DNA of 64,000 bases from a virus. Positions 1-9,686 of this stretch are shown here, one piece after another. The translations under genes and the position numbers were made by a program. Numbering within the stretch: the first letter of the stretch is position 1; the number at the start of each line of letters is the position of its first letter. Where the stretch lies: positions 32,001-96,000 of IMG/VR virus record IMGVR_UViG_3300037628_000643; one strand, 5' to 3'. The notes below the pieces were generated by a model. That model was not told where the DNA came from and ran no database searches. It saw nothing but the letters and a program-made list of their open reading frames with translations.

Positions 1-3
1 GTC

Positions 4-1242
4 ATGGTTTCTATTGATAAGAAAACAAATGACGACATACCTTCACCCTTCAGGGAATGGGTAGCGAACATGAATCTTGATGGCGACAATTTAACCATGA
101 TGATTCAAAATCAGCTTAAGAGTGGTATGGCCAAAGGCATTTCGCTCATAATGACAGATTATGATTCTGAAGCAAAGAGACCATACACTCGTGAAATAGA
201 TATTGACTCGGTATTATCTTTCAAGTCAAATCCAAAAACTGGTCGTTTAAAGCAGATTAAATTCTTGTTTAATGTTGTTTCAGATAGCGAAGAGGACTTT
301 CAATTAGTTCCTTCTATCTTTGAGGTAAACCCAACAACATGGAAAATATACGATAACGACACTGACGACGTAATTGACGAAGGCGAGATAATAAGATATA
401 GGAATAATGGCAAAGATCGTATAACTGACGAGATACCAGTTGATGTTTTTTATACCAACAAGACAGGACAAATGCTTGCTCAAAGCCCATACCAAGGCTT
501 AGCAGAGCTAACTATTGAACACTATCAAGTCTACTCTGACATCAAAAATATGATGTTTTACGCACTAACACCGATACTAACAGCAATCAACGCGCCTACA
601 GATTTCGAGATAACAATGCTTGCATCATATATGTTCGTTAAGATGCCTGCTACAGGCGACGTTTCACCAGAATTAAAGTGGACTCAAGTTGATACTGGCG
701 CACTAGAGCAGGGACAGAAACAGCTTGAAGGCATTGAAAGGCGAATCTCGACATACTCAATTGATTCAAATTCTCTGCGTCCTGGCACCATTACCGCAAC
801 ACAAGCGTCAATGGAAGGTGCAGGCACTAATGCTGCGTTAAAATCATTTGCAGTAGCATTATCAGAGCATGTCCAAAACATACTAACAACAATGGTTAGC
901 TACACATTCGAGAACGTTAAAGAGATAAAGGGTTATATTGCCCCTGAGTTTAATTCTCTTGAAACAGACAAAGAAATGCGCGTACTACTTGAGATGCGTA
1001 GAAATGGCGACCTGTCTCCAGAGTCAATAGTTGATGCAGCTATCCAGCGTAAGTTGTTACCGCCTGATTTTGATAAGACTAAGAACACTGAAGGAATTAT
1101 GAAAGAGCTTGATGAAATGATTGAACTGGGAGAAGCAAAAGCCAAGTTCGAATCAAGAATGAATAAATCACAGCAAGCATCAGATGGATTGATGTCCAAA
1201 GATGGAAAAGAAGAAATTAGTGGTAAACCACGCGACGCATAG
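4..1242 (+). CDS. portal protein (probably 5'-truncated by window edge)
   Basis: 412 aa ORF directly upstream of scaffold and capsid; helical, SPP1/DUF4055-like portal character (TATQA motif, LSPESIVDAAIQRKLLP C-terminal region). Confidence 0.7.
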   Translation: MVSIDKKTNDDIPSPFREWVANMNLDGDNLTMMIQNQLKSGMAKGISLIMTDYDSEAKRPYTREIDIDSVLSFKSNPKTGRLKQIKFLFNVVSDSEEDFQLVPSIFEVNPTTWKIYDNDTDDVIDEGEIIRYRNNGKDRITDEIPVDVFYTNKTGQMLAQSPYQGLAELTIEHYQVYSDIKNMMFYALTPILTAINAPTDFEITMLASYMFVKMPATGDVSPELKWTQVDTGALEQGQKQLEGIERRISTYSIDSNSLRPGTITATQASMEGAGTNAALKSFAVALSEHVQNILTTMVSYTFENVKEIKGYIAPEFNSLETDKEMRVLLEMRRNGDLSPESIVDAAIQRKLLPPDFDKTKNTEGIMKELDEMIELGEAKAKFESRMNKSQQASDGLMSKDGKEEISGKPRDA

Positions 1243-1245
1243 TCT

Positions 1246-1256
1246 TGTGGTATAAT
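1246..1256 (+). promoter_or_regulatory. extended -10 promoter for scaffold
   Basis: TGTGGTATAAT in intergenic region, no -35 consensus. Confidence 0.6.
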
Positions 1257-1323
1257 CGCTGTTCACGGAGGTATGGAGGTTTTCTTCATGCGCTAGGCGT
1301 AAATAAGAGAAAAGGTAAATAAA

Positions 1324-2127
1324 ATGCCAGATATAGACTTAAATGACGAAGCAGTTAAAGCAGCAATTACGGCAGAAGCTACAAAGATCGCAAACCAAAC
1401 GATTGAAGATAACTATGTACCTGTAAGTGACATCGAAGGGTTAAAGAATAAAAACACTGAGCTATTAACATCTCTTGCCAAAAACAAAGAAAAGTTTGCA
1501 GGGCTTGAAGAGGGTGACGTAGTAGAGCTTTTGCGAATCAAGGAAGCGCGAGAAAAAGACAAGTTCATCGACCTGATTATGACGGGCAAGACCGAAGAAG
1601 CAAGAACCTTGGCTGCTGAAGGTGCCGTGGCACCATGGAAAGAGCAGGCGACTGATCTAAGAAGTCAGTTCGAAACCGCACAAGGAAAAATCTCTGAATT
1701 TGAGCATGAAATAAAGACACGAGATTCTCGCATTGCAGACATGCAGAAGCGTCAATATCTTCGAGAGCTAGTTGCTGGAGATGACTCATTCAAAGATGAT
1801 TACTTCGATGATTACTATACGTTAAATGCCAAGTTTATTGATATCAACTCTGAGAATGGCGATGTCAATGCCATTGATTCAGTAGGTAAGCCGATCCTTA
1901 ATACTAACGGAGAGCGTGTTTCGTTTGCTGAGCACTACGACAAGCAAAAAGCCAAGAACGGATTGTTCTGGACTCCAGGCGCTGGATCTACTGCGAAAGG
2001 CGTTTCAGGCGATGGTAGTCATTTAGGTAGTGACCCAAGTAAATGGGCACGACAGGACAAACTTGATTACATTGGCAAACATGGGCCAGCGGCTTACGGA
2101 GCGCTTCTGCAGGAAGCTAAGAAATAA
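1324..2127 (+). CDS. capsid scaffolding protein
   Basis: coiled-coil, GLKNKNTELL motif, Gly-rich linker and C-terminal KLDYIGKHGPAAY helix; between portal and capsid. Confidence 0.8.
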   Translation: MPDIDLNDEAVKAAITAEATKIANQTIEDNYVPVSDIEGLKNKNTELLTSLAKNKEKFAGLEEGDVVELLRIKEAREKDKFIDLIMTGKTEEARTLAAEGAVAPWKEQATDLRSQFETAQGKISEFEHEIKTRDSRIADMQKRQYLRELVAGDDSFKDDYFDDYYTLNAKFIDINSENGDVNAIDSVGKPILNTNGERVSFAEHYDKQKAKNGLFWTPGAGSTAKGVSGDGSHLGSDPSKWARQDKLDYIGKHGPAAYGALLQEAKK

Positions 2128-2155
2128 AAAAGCTTTACAGATAAAAAATAATATG

Positions 2156-2182
2156 ATACCCTCTAAATGAGGGTATTTTTTT
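2156..2182 (+). terminator. rho-independent terminator overlapping a promoter
   Basis: ATACCCTC-taaat-GAGGGTAT then T-run; TTTACA-N17-TACCCT at 2134-2162. Confidence 0.7.
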
Positions 2183-2203
2183 GTGTAAAATAAGGAGAAT
2201 TGA

Positions 2204-3238
2204 GTGGCAGGATATATAGTAAATGTAGGAGATGTTTTTAGCGAACTAACCGTAATAAGCGGGCCAATAAAAACACCAAAAGGAAAGCGATGGAAGGTGA
2301 GGTGTAGTTGCGATAATGAGTTTGAGGTAACTAACTCATCATTGGGCGCTGGACGTATTACTAAGTGTAGGTATTGCGCTAACGGAAAGACACCTCCAGT
2401 AAAAACAGGTGATATCTATGGTGATCTTGAAATACTTGAAAAATCTGAAAGAAATGGACGCAAGTACTTTATTGTCAAATGCCTTAGATGTAACGAGACA
2501 ACATTTGAAATTAGAGAAGATTCAATCAAAAGATCTAAGAGGCAGTCTTGTGCGCCTTGTGCAAGAACCAAAGGAGAGCCAACTAAAGTAGGCGACATAT
2601 TCGGAGTTCTTACCGTGACTGCTTTTTTGGGGCTTAGTGGGCTTGGTAAAAAGATGTGGTCTTGCGTTTGCGACTGCGGAAAAACCAAAGATTATATTGA
2701 TAATAATTTAAGGTCTAGAGCTGCTGACGCTGAGTGTAGCTGCAAAACATCACTTGGCGACCCAACAAGGGTAGGGGATGTTTACGGAAATTTAACCGTC
2801 CTTAATATATTTAATAACGAAAAAAGATGGCGCAAAGCTACATGCAAATGCACTTGCGGTAGCGTGAGCGACAGAGATCTTATAAGCCTAAGAAATGGAG
2901 CTGCAAAAAGCTGCGGATGCCTAGGCAACACCTATAGCCGAAGTGATTTTATTAAGCTTTCCTCTAAAGGTATCGCCACGCTATATACGATAAAGTGTGA
3001 GGGTAACAATGAAAAGTTTTTCAAGATAGGAATAACAACAAGAACGGTAAAGAAGAGATTCAGTGCGAAGGAATTGATGCCTTATAAGTACAAAATAGTG
3101 AAAGAAACAAAAGGAGAGGCCGGTTACATATGGGATCTAGAAAGAGAGCTTCATAAGAAGCATAGTAATCATAGCTATTCTCCTAAAATAAAGTTCAATG
3201 GCTATACTGAATGCTTTAGTGAAATCATAGACATATAA
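2204..3238 (+). CDS. free-standing homing endonuclease (CxC repeats + GIY-YIG/T5orf172-like domain)
   Basis: four GDxF/YGxLTV...CxC repeats; C-terminal LYTIKC...FKIGIT...RF...GYTECF; GTG start. Confidence 0.75.
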   Translation: MAGYIVNVGDVFSELTVISGPIKTPKGKRWKVRCSCDNEFEVTNSSLGAGRITKCRYCANGKTPPVKTGDIYGDLEILEKSERNGRKYFIVKCLRCNETTFEIREDSIKRSKRQSCAPCARTKGEPTKVGDIFGVLTVTAFLGLSGLGKKMWSCVCDCGKTKDYIDNNLRSRAADAECSCKTSLGDPTRVGDVYGNLTVLNIFNNEKRWRKATCKCTCGSVSDRDLISLRNGAAKSCGCLGNTYSRSDFIKLSSKGIATLYTIKCEGNNEKFFKIGITTRTVKKRFSAKELMPYKYKIVKETKGEAGYIWDLERELHKKHSNHSYSPKIKFNGYTECFSEIIDI

Positions 3239-3267
3239 AAAGAACATAAAAAACACCTTTTAAAGGA

Positions 3268-3278
3268 TGTGTTATAAT
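3268..3278 (+). promoter_or_regulatory. extended -10 promoter for major capsid
   Basis: TGTGTTATAAT. Confidence 0.6.
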
Positions 3279-3347
3279 GCGTACATTAGTAGTTGCTAGG
3301 CAACTCAAAACAACGTTTTTCTAGCAATTATTTAAAAGGTAAAAATC

Positions 3348-4319
3348 ATGGCTCTCTTAGAATTATATCAAACCGAGTTCTACGCCGGATGGATTGAAGC
3401 ATTAGCCCAAGAAGTAGACTTATTTAACGAAAAATCCAACATGACTATCATGTTGGGCAGCGAAGCGTACATCGGATCTTATTTTAAGGAAGCTGGTTAC
3501 GACCGTATCGCAAACCTAATTACCCGTCGAGACGTAACAGACGATAGTGTTGTTGCTCCAGGACGTATGGCTCTGGAAGAGTTGGTTGGCGTTGATTTAG
3601 CGCAGAAAATTGGCCCTATCTTTGAGACTGACGAGAACTTCAAGCGTCGAGGTCGATCTGTAGGCGAAATGGCTACCATTATCGGTCGTCAAGCAGCTGG
3701 CGATTTCCTGAAGCGTGCTCTAGATCAAATCGTTGCATCCCTTATCGGATCTGTTGGCGTTGATACTGTTCTTGTGGACGAGACTGACAAATCATCTGCA
3801 ACAAACCATAAGCACTTAACCAAAACCATGCGTTTGTTCGGCGACAAAGGTCGTGAGATTTCAGCTTTCTTGATGAACTCTGAAGCATTTTATGACTTGG
3901 TTGACGACAAGCTAGATAACTATGTTATCGACTCGGTTGCAGGCGCAACAATTGTAACTGGCGTTATGCAGGGTGCTTTAGGTAAGCCAATTATCGTTTC
4001 TGATATTGGTGCTCTGAATTATGACGAGGGTGCTGGCGAACTTAAGAACCGTGTATTCGGTCTCATGCAGGGTGCGGCAAGCGCATTGCAGCGCGGAGCA
4101 ACAGAAATTGTTGTTGATCGTACCGTTGGTCAAGAGAACTTGGGCTTCACTTACCAAGGCGAGTATAACTACTTAATGAAGATCCTTGGTTATGCATGGA
4201 ATACAGGCTCCGGTATTAACCCTACTGAAGCTGCTCTTGCTACTCCTGCAAACTGGACTCGGATCTTTGATCCTAAGTTGTGCGCAGCTAGCATGGTTAT
4301 TTCAGACGCAGCTAACTAA
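3348..4319 (+). CDS. major capsid protein (HK97 fold)
   Basis: 323 aa after scaffold; FGDK...FLMNS, LGKPIIVSD, LGYAWN...NPT..LATPANW motifs of siphovirus capsids; followed by strong terminator. Confidence 0.9.
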   Translation: MALLELYQTEFYAGWIEALAQEVDLFNEKSNMTIMLGSEAYIGSYFKEAGYDRIANLITRRDVTDDSVVAPGRMALEELVGVDLAQKIGPIFETDENFKRRGRSVGEMATIIGRQAAGDFLKRALDQIVASLIGSVGVDTVLVDETDKSSATNHKHLTKTMRLFGDKGREISAFLMNSEAFYDLVDDKLDNYVIDSVAGATIVTGVMQGALGKPIIVSDIGALNYDEGAGELKNRVFGLMQGAASALQRGATEIVVDRTVGQENLGFTYQGEYNYLMKILGYAWNTGSGINPTEAALATPANWTRIFDPKLCAASMVISDAAN

Positions 4320-4341
4320 GTTAGCGTTTAAATAAAATATT

Positions 4342-4367
4342 AAAGGACGCACGTTGCGTCCTTTTTT
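4342..4367 (+). terminator. rho-independent terminator after capsid
   Basis: AAAGGACGCA-cgt-TGCGTCCTTT plus T-run. Confidence 0.85.
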
Positions 4368-4395
4368 CTTAGAATTAGGTTAAAAGGCACTGAAT

Positions 4396-4722
4396 ATGAA
4401 AGAATATAAAGTAAGATCGGCGGATGCGACTACTGAGATCGACATTCCCGTAAGTACTAGATACAACCAATGGATGGTGAATATCACTTATTACGTTGAC
4501 AACACTTTCGCAGCAACTGCAACTCCGTCTGCAGGAACCGTGGCTGTTACTGGACGCACTGCACCACAAGAATGGATAACTACATTTAATGCTAGCGCGT
4601 TAGATGCCACTGTTCCTCTGGAGGCTGTCTCTGTAAGCGGAAAGTTAGACCAAGTGACCGTGACTCCATCTGGTATTACAGGTGCAGGTGCATTCGAAGT
4701 TACCATTATTGGTACTGACTAA
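4396..4722 (+). CDS. small beta-rich virion protein, putative head decoration (paralogue A)
   Basis: 108 aa Thr/Val rich; similar to 5452-5778. Confidence 0.5.
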   Translation: MKEYKVRSADATTEIDIPVSTRYNQWMVNITYYVDNTFAATATPSAGTVAVTGRTAPQEWITTFNASALDATVPLEAVSVSGKLDQVTVTPSGITGAGAFEVTIIGTD

Positions 4723-4741
4723 TCATTTTGGACAAAATATC

Positions 4742-4767
4742 AAAGGACGCACTCCGTCCTTTTTTTT
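4742..4767 (+). terminator. rho-independent terminator, near copy of 4342-4367
   Basis: AAAGGACG-cactc-CGTCCTTT plus T-run. Confidence 0.8.
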
Positions 4768-4807
4768 ATGTTAAAATGATCACTCTATGAATTAATAGGA
4801 GTTACCT

Positions 4808-5365
4808 ATGAAAATTTTATTTTTTGTACCACAAGGCAAGGTTCTTCCAAAGCACACTGATTATCAGTACGAACAAAACAAAGTGTCTAATAAGGTTATT
4901 TTTGGCAACGGCTCTTTTAATCATGGGTTCGAAGATTCCTGCGATAAAGTTGTTTTGGATTGCGATAACGATCAGATTGTCGCGTGGACTAAAAAGAACG
5001 GAATCTTGCTTGAAAGGTTCGGTGTTGACAATAAAGAGCTTAACATAAAGTCTGTAGCAGGCTATACGTTTGAAGATGAGAGCGTAGATTCTTTGGCTGC
5101 TCTACAGGTTGAGAAAGCCGAGGCTGAATCTGAAGATGAGAGCCCTTATTCTTTGGCAGTCCAGCAAGCTAAAAAAGCCGAGGCTGATATTGTTAACGAA
5201 ACTGTAAACGAAATTCCTGCTGTATCTGATATCGCAGTTGGTGATTATACCGATCCCGATGGTAATGTTTATTCGCGCAAAAAAGGCCCAAAGCTTAAGG
5301 GCGACTTAGCAGAAGCTATTAAGAAGTACGGATTCGAAAATCTAACATATTCTGCTTCAGACTAA
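4808..5365 (+). CDS. hypothetical head-module protein
   Basis: 185 aa, AGGAG RBS, own TGT-TAAAAT -10 at 4769-4777 and terminator. Confidence 0.7.
   Translation: MKILFFVPQGKVLPKHTDYQYEQNKVSNKVIFGNGSFNHGFEDSCDKVVLDCDNDQIVAWTKKNGILLERFGVDNKELNIKSVAGYTFEDESVDSLAALQVEKAEAESEDESPYSLAVQQAKKAEADIVNETVNEIPAVSDIAVGDYTDPDGNVYSRKKGPKLKGDLAEAIKKYGFENLTYSASD
5071..5190 (+). repeat. 60 bp imperfect in-frame tandem duplication
   Basis: EDESVDSLAALQVEKAEAES / EDESPYSLAVQQAKKAEAD; units start TGAAGATGAGAGC at 5071 and 5131. Confidence 0.85.
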
Positions 5366-5383
5366 AAGTCTGTAACTAATAAG

Positions 5384-5409
5384 AACCCAGACTTAGTTCT
5401 GGGTTTTTT
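5384..5409 (+). terminator. rho-independent terminator
   Basis: AACCCAGA-cttagt-TCTGGGTT plus T-run; TGTGTTATAAT follows at 5414-5424. Confidence 0.8.
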
Positions 5410-5451
5410 GCGTTGTGTTATAATAAATGAATTAAATTTTGAGGTGTTACC

Positions 5452-5778
5452 ATGTCCCGTTCTTACATAATTCCTGGATTAGTTTCAGAGGGAAAAACTA
5501 TCATCGTTGATAGTAGATTCTACAACTGGATCGCTACAGCAACGTATTATTCTGATGAGTATATCACTCCTGTCACTCCTTCTGCTGGCACAATGGGCGT
5601 ATTAGGCACAGTTGTAGGTGCTGGAGGTGCAGGTCTCTTCGCAGACTCACCGCTAGACTGCACAGATGTAACTGACTTTGCCTCCGCTGGTTTTCCATTA
5701 GAATCAATAACTTCTGCGCCTGTTGGTATCACTGGTGCAACACATTATAGGCTTACGATTACTGGGACTGAGGGGTAA
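5452..5778 (+). CDS. small beta-rich virion protein, putative head decoration (paralogue B)
   Basis: 108 aa; shares TYY.D, TPSAGT, GITGA, TI.GT motifs with 4396-4722. Confidence 0.5.
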   Translation: MSRSYIIPGLVSEGKTIIVDSRFYNWIATATYYSDEYITPVTPSAGTMGVLGTVVGAGGAGLFADSPLDCTDVTDFASAGFPLESITSAPVGITGATHYRLTITGTEG

Positions 5779-5781
5779 TGC

Positions 5782-8706
5782 ATGAAAAACCTTCGCCCAG
5801 CATACAGCGGAGGGGTTAGTACTGCTATATTGGAGACAGTAGAACATTTTCAATATAATGCAAATAAGGAAATGCTGGTAGCAACGCGCCCTATTGAAAC
5901 AACACTTAATAGTTTTTATCTTGGTGGACAGCATAAGATAAGCTCAGGTGGCGAGAATGTATTCTTTGAAAACTTGGGCTCTGATGTTAATTGGTATCCA
6001 ATGTGGGGCGGCATCAAAGATCAGTCTGTCGCAGCCAATAAAGATTCTACCGGAATTATAGCGCCTTCTTCCAGAGTGTATTCTGATGCACTTATTGAAG
6101 TTGAGCCTGATGGTGCAGCCGATACATCTGGTGCTGTTGAATATCATACACATACCACCCTTACTGGTAATTTCTCTGTACACACAAAGGAAATAATTGT
6201 AGAGCAAGATATAGCACCTACTGACTATGTATTTTATTCAGTTCATGAAGGTGATCATACCGATGAGATGTACACCCAGACTATTACAGGGCTTACCCTA
6301 TCTGCTGGCGATACTTTTGTTTGGAATTTCAACCATCCTTTAGAAAACCATTCTGGACAAGAAATTCATGGAGTCATAGAAGTATCAACTAGCGGACGTG
6401 ATGGCCCACGAACACCATTGCAGGCTCGTAGATCTGCTTCGGCGCCTACAGAACCTTATTTTAAGTTACACCTTCGGACGTTTACTGATGAGGCAATCCA
6501 GCACTCAGGTAATAGCCCTTGGAGTAGAGTAGGAACAACTATTAGCCCCGCAAATGCTGGAGATGGTGTTGGTGTTGGTACCTCAGATATGAGTACAAGT
6601 CTAGGTAATTCTAGACTAAAGGTTAAATCTAAAGAGCCTTCGTTTAATGCCTTTGCTGTAGAGAGTAGTCTGAACCAAGACCTTTTATGGGTAAGACAAA
6701 GCACTGACGGGGATAGTTCGATCCACCTGTTTGACAAGACCGAAACGCAGACTGTGTTGTTTACTACAGATACGGCAGTTTCATATGACAATAGTGGTGG
6801 TAATTTTGGGATTGGAACTGATGACCCTATACGTAGACTAGACGTAAGATATGGACTAAAAACAATAGATGGTGTTGTTGCTACATTCGGTTCAACTGAC
6901 GGTGATCCGATAGCATTGAATATAGGAAAAACTGGAAGTGCTACTGCCGCAGAACGAGGTATGTGGATAGACGCTACTGAATCCGGTGTAAGTGACGACA
7001 GACCATTAACCCTTCAAAGATATGGCGGTGATGTTGGTATCGGGACGGACAGTCCTCAGGTGAAGTTGGATGTTTATAAGAACGATGCGTTAGTTACTCC
7101 TATGTTTAGTTTGGAGCAGGATGGCGGCGGTGATGCATCAATGAGATTTATATTAACAGGGGAGAGAGCCTTCACAATGGGGGTTGATAACTCTGATAAT
7201 AACTTTAAAATAGGTATTGATGCGAATGATGTTGGAGTTAATCCGTTTTTTACAATTGAGGATCTTACTGGTAATGTAGGGGTTGGGATAGTCCCAACCA
7301 GTAAGTTTCATGTTGAAGTTCCTTACAATACCTCAAACGACTTTAATCTTGGTGTAAAACATAGCTGGTCAGGCGGCGACAGGTATGTAACACACGGTAT
7401 ACTTGACGGTAATCTTCGTTATGGCATGTTCGGCAGGGGATCTTCCCTTGTTGACCACAGAATATGGACTATTGATACATGGAATGGAGGTGGCGGTTCA
7501 TTAGATTTAGACTTCCACCGATGGTATTGTTCAGGCGAACTTGGAATGATACTAAGGAACGGTATGGTCAAGATAGGTTCTAACTTATCAGATATGATTG
7601 GCCCTACTCATACACTAGAAGTTGTTGGTGATGGGATGATTCATGGTTATCTTAAATTAGATAGCACGTTAATAATGCCTGACAGTAATCCAATCCTTTG
7701 GGGTGATGGGTCAGTATCTATTCTGGCTAATAGTGATATAGCTGATGAGTATTGGAAAGTTCAAATTGGTGGTACAACTCGATTGCTCCTTGATAGCGGT
7801 GGGGCAGAGATTGCTGGAGATGCTATCATATCTGGAAATGTGCAAGCGAATGGTAATGGCACGGACTTCAGTAATTTTTGTGCGGGTGGTGGAGCTGGGG
7901 ATAGTTTAACAATTGGTGGAAATAACATATTAATTGGTAGAAACTCAGGTTACTTGTTAACAAATGACCAACAAAATATATTAATAGGTTCATATGCTGG
8001 ATATGATACTACAGCTATGTCTTATTCGGTGGGCATAGGACATAACGTTTTGCGGGATGCATCAGGCGCTATCAGAACAACAGCAGTAGGTTATGGAGCT
8101 GGTGAAAGCGCTGCTTGCAGAGATGGAGTATATTTAGGATACTTAGCAGGACAATATGAGACCCAGAACAATAAACTTTGGATTTCAAACGATACAAATA
8201 ATTTGATAGAAGGTGATTTTTTTAGTCAATGGGTGAAAGTACACGGTGATTTAGAAGTGACCGATAAAATTGGTATTGGAATACCTGAACCTTCTCAAAA
8301 AGTACATATTTGGGAGAACTCTGTTAATCCTGTAGGTATGGCAATTCAGAACTCTGGTACTGGAGACCCAATTCTTCAATTCAAAACTTCTACCTCTACT
8401 TATGTTATGGGTATAGATAATGATAATGGAGACATCTTTAAGATAGATGTTGGTAGCGATATAGGAGTTGTGCCTGCTTTATCAATTGACTTAAATAGGA
8501 ATGTCGGTATTGGGGTAGATCTTCCAGATGAAAAATTAGAAGTTAATGGTACAATAAAGGCTGCTCAGAATGTTTTGTGTGGCACCTACTTTTATTTAGG
8601 TGATCCCGATACTGATGGTTCAGGACGTATATTTATGAGCGGAGGGACTATGATGTTTGAGCATAGATCAGCAGGGCTTTGGGCGGCTATTGGCGGCTTT
8701 GGTTAA
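5782..8706 (+). CDS. fibre/adhesin-like virion protein in head module (putative head fibre)
   Basis: 974 aa with about 7 G(N/D)VGIG-type repeats and an N..IG..AG repeat segment. Confidence 0.6.
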   Translation: MKNLRPAYSGGVSTAILETVEHFQYNANKEMLVATRPIETTLNSFYLGGQHKISSGGENVFFENLGSDVNWYPMWGGIKDQSVAANKDSTGIIAPSSRVYSDALIEVEPDGAADTSGAVEYHTHTTLTGNFSVHTKEIIVEQDIAPTDYVFYSVHEGDHTDEMYTQTITGLTLSAGDTFVWNFNHPLENHSGQEIHGVIEVSTSGRDGPRTPLQARRSASAPTEPYFKLHLRTFTDEAIQHSGNSPWSRVGTTISPANAGDGVGVGTSDMSTSLGNSRLKVKSKEPSFNAFAVESSLNQDLLWVRQSTDGDSSIHLFDKTETQTVLFTTDTAVSYDNSGGNFGIGTDDPIRRLDVRYGLKTIDGVVATFGSTDGDPIALNIGKTGSATAAERGMWIDATESGVSDDRPLTLQRYGGDVGIGTDSPQVKLDVYKNDALVTPMFSLEQDGGGDASMRFILTGERAFTMGVDNSDNNFKIGIDANDVGVNPFFTIEDLTGNVGVGIVPTSKFHVEVPYNTSNDFNLGVKHSWSGGDRYVTHGILDGNLRYGMFGRGSSLVDHRIWTIDTWNGGGGSLDLDFHRWYCSGELGMILRNGMVKIGSNLSDMIGPTHTLEVVGDGMIHGYLKLDSTLIMPDSNPILWGDGSVSILANSDIADEYWKVQIGGTTRLLLDSGGAEIAGDAIISGNVQANGNGTDFSNFCAGGGAGDSLTIGGNNILIGRNSGYLLTNDQQNILIGSYAGYDTTAMSYSVGIGHNVLRDASGAIRTTAVGYGAGESAACRDGVYLGYLAGQYETQNNKLWISNDTNNLIEGDFFSQWVKVHGDLEVTDKIGIGIPEPSQKVHIWENSVNPVGMAIQNSGTGDPILQFKTSTSTYVMGIDNDNGDIFKIDVGSDIGVVPALSIDLNRNVGIGVDLPDEKLEVNGTIKAAQNVLCGTYFYLGDPDTDGSGRIFMSGGTMMFEHRSAGLWAAIGGFG

Positions 8707-8884
8707 GAAGTACAGGTATTGAATACACAATCAACAGCGGCTCGAACTGGATTAGCCTAATATAATAAATATGAAGCATTCTGTCCTGAAGGCCATATTC
8801 AGAACATTCAAATGGAATGAGCGCAAGAAATTTAATGGTATAATTACAATAATTAAAATACTCTATTAATATTAAGGGATACAC

Positions 8885-9673
8885 ATGAAAAGATTCAGGC
8901 CTGCACATACACCAATAGAAGTTGGCCCTACAGGAACGATGGGGGTTCCAACTTTCATTCAAGATCAGACGACATTTCCTCTTGACTTATGGTTTTTGGA
9001 GAGATTAAACGATGCAACAATTGCAGTTGACACTGTTCTGGGAGCAGCTTCATTCACTGCAACTGCAGGACATGGAATTGTTGATGGAAATGTGATAGAG
9101 ATAAATAACACTACTACGTTTATTCAAGCGATTGTAACGAATGTCGCTACTAATGTAATTACCATTGATCAGCCAATCAATCATGTGTACTTGGCAGCTA
9201 GCCAATTAATTGTCAGCAATAAAAATATGAATGTACTTGGCACTCAAGGGTCTCCTAGGATATTCACTATAGCTCCCGAAGTCGGACAGAAAGGAGATTT
9301 TACTCGTATCATCTCTACGCTAAGTGATGCGTCAGCTATGGATTTCACTACGTTTGGCGGACAGTCTGCTCTTGCTAATGGATGCGTCTTGAGACTTAAA
9401 CTTGCCGGAGGAGACTTTTTTAATTTATTTAACTGGAAGACTAACGGTGAGTTCATTGTACGAGCTTTTGACCATAGCTTCCAGACAAAAATAGGAGGCG
9501 GTGAGCATAGCTTCACAGCAAGAAGCACATGGGGTGGTCAAAGCAAAAGAGGCGTGGTTTTAAGGGTAGAAGGAACCCGACTGGAAGAGTTGCAAATACT
9601 AGTCCAAGATAATTTAACTGGCTTGACAGACTTTAATATGGTTGCTCAAGGCCATGCACTACAAGAAGATTAA
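8885..9673 (+). CDS. hypothetical virion protein
   Basis: 262 aa beta-rich; N-terminus MKRFRPAHT resembles MKNLRPAYS of the fibre. Confidence 0.6.
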   Translation: MKRFRPAHTPIEVGPTGTMGVPTFIQDQTTFPLDLWFLERLNDATIAVDTVLGAASFTATAGHGIVDGNVIEINNTTTFIQAIVTNVATNVITIDQPINHVYLAASQLIVSNKNMNVLGTQGSPRIFTIAPEVGQKGDFTRIISTLSDASAMDFTTFGGQSALANGCVLRLKLAGGDFFNLFNWKTNGEFIVRAFDHSFQTKIGGGEHSFTARSTWGGQSKRGVVLRVEGTRLEELQILVQDNLTGLTDFNMVAQGHALQED

Positions 9674-9686
9674 AGGATAACAAATT

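Noticed and set aside
8771-8869. 32 aa ORF MKHSVLKAIF... in intergenic gap
   Set aside because: No RBS, and it overlaps the promoter of the next gene
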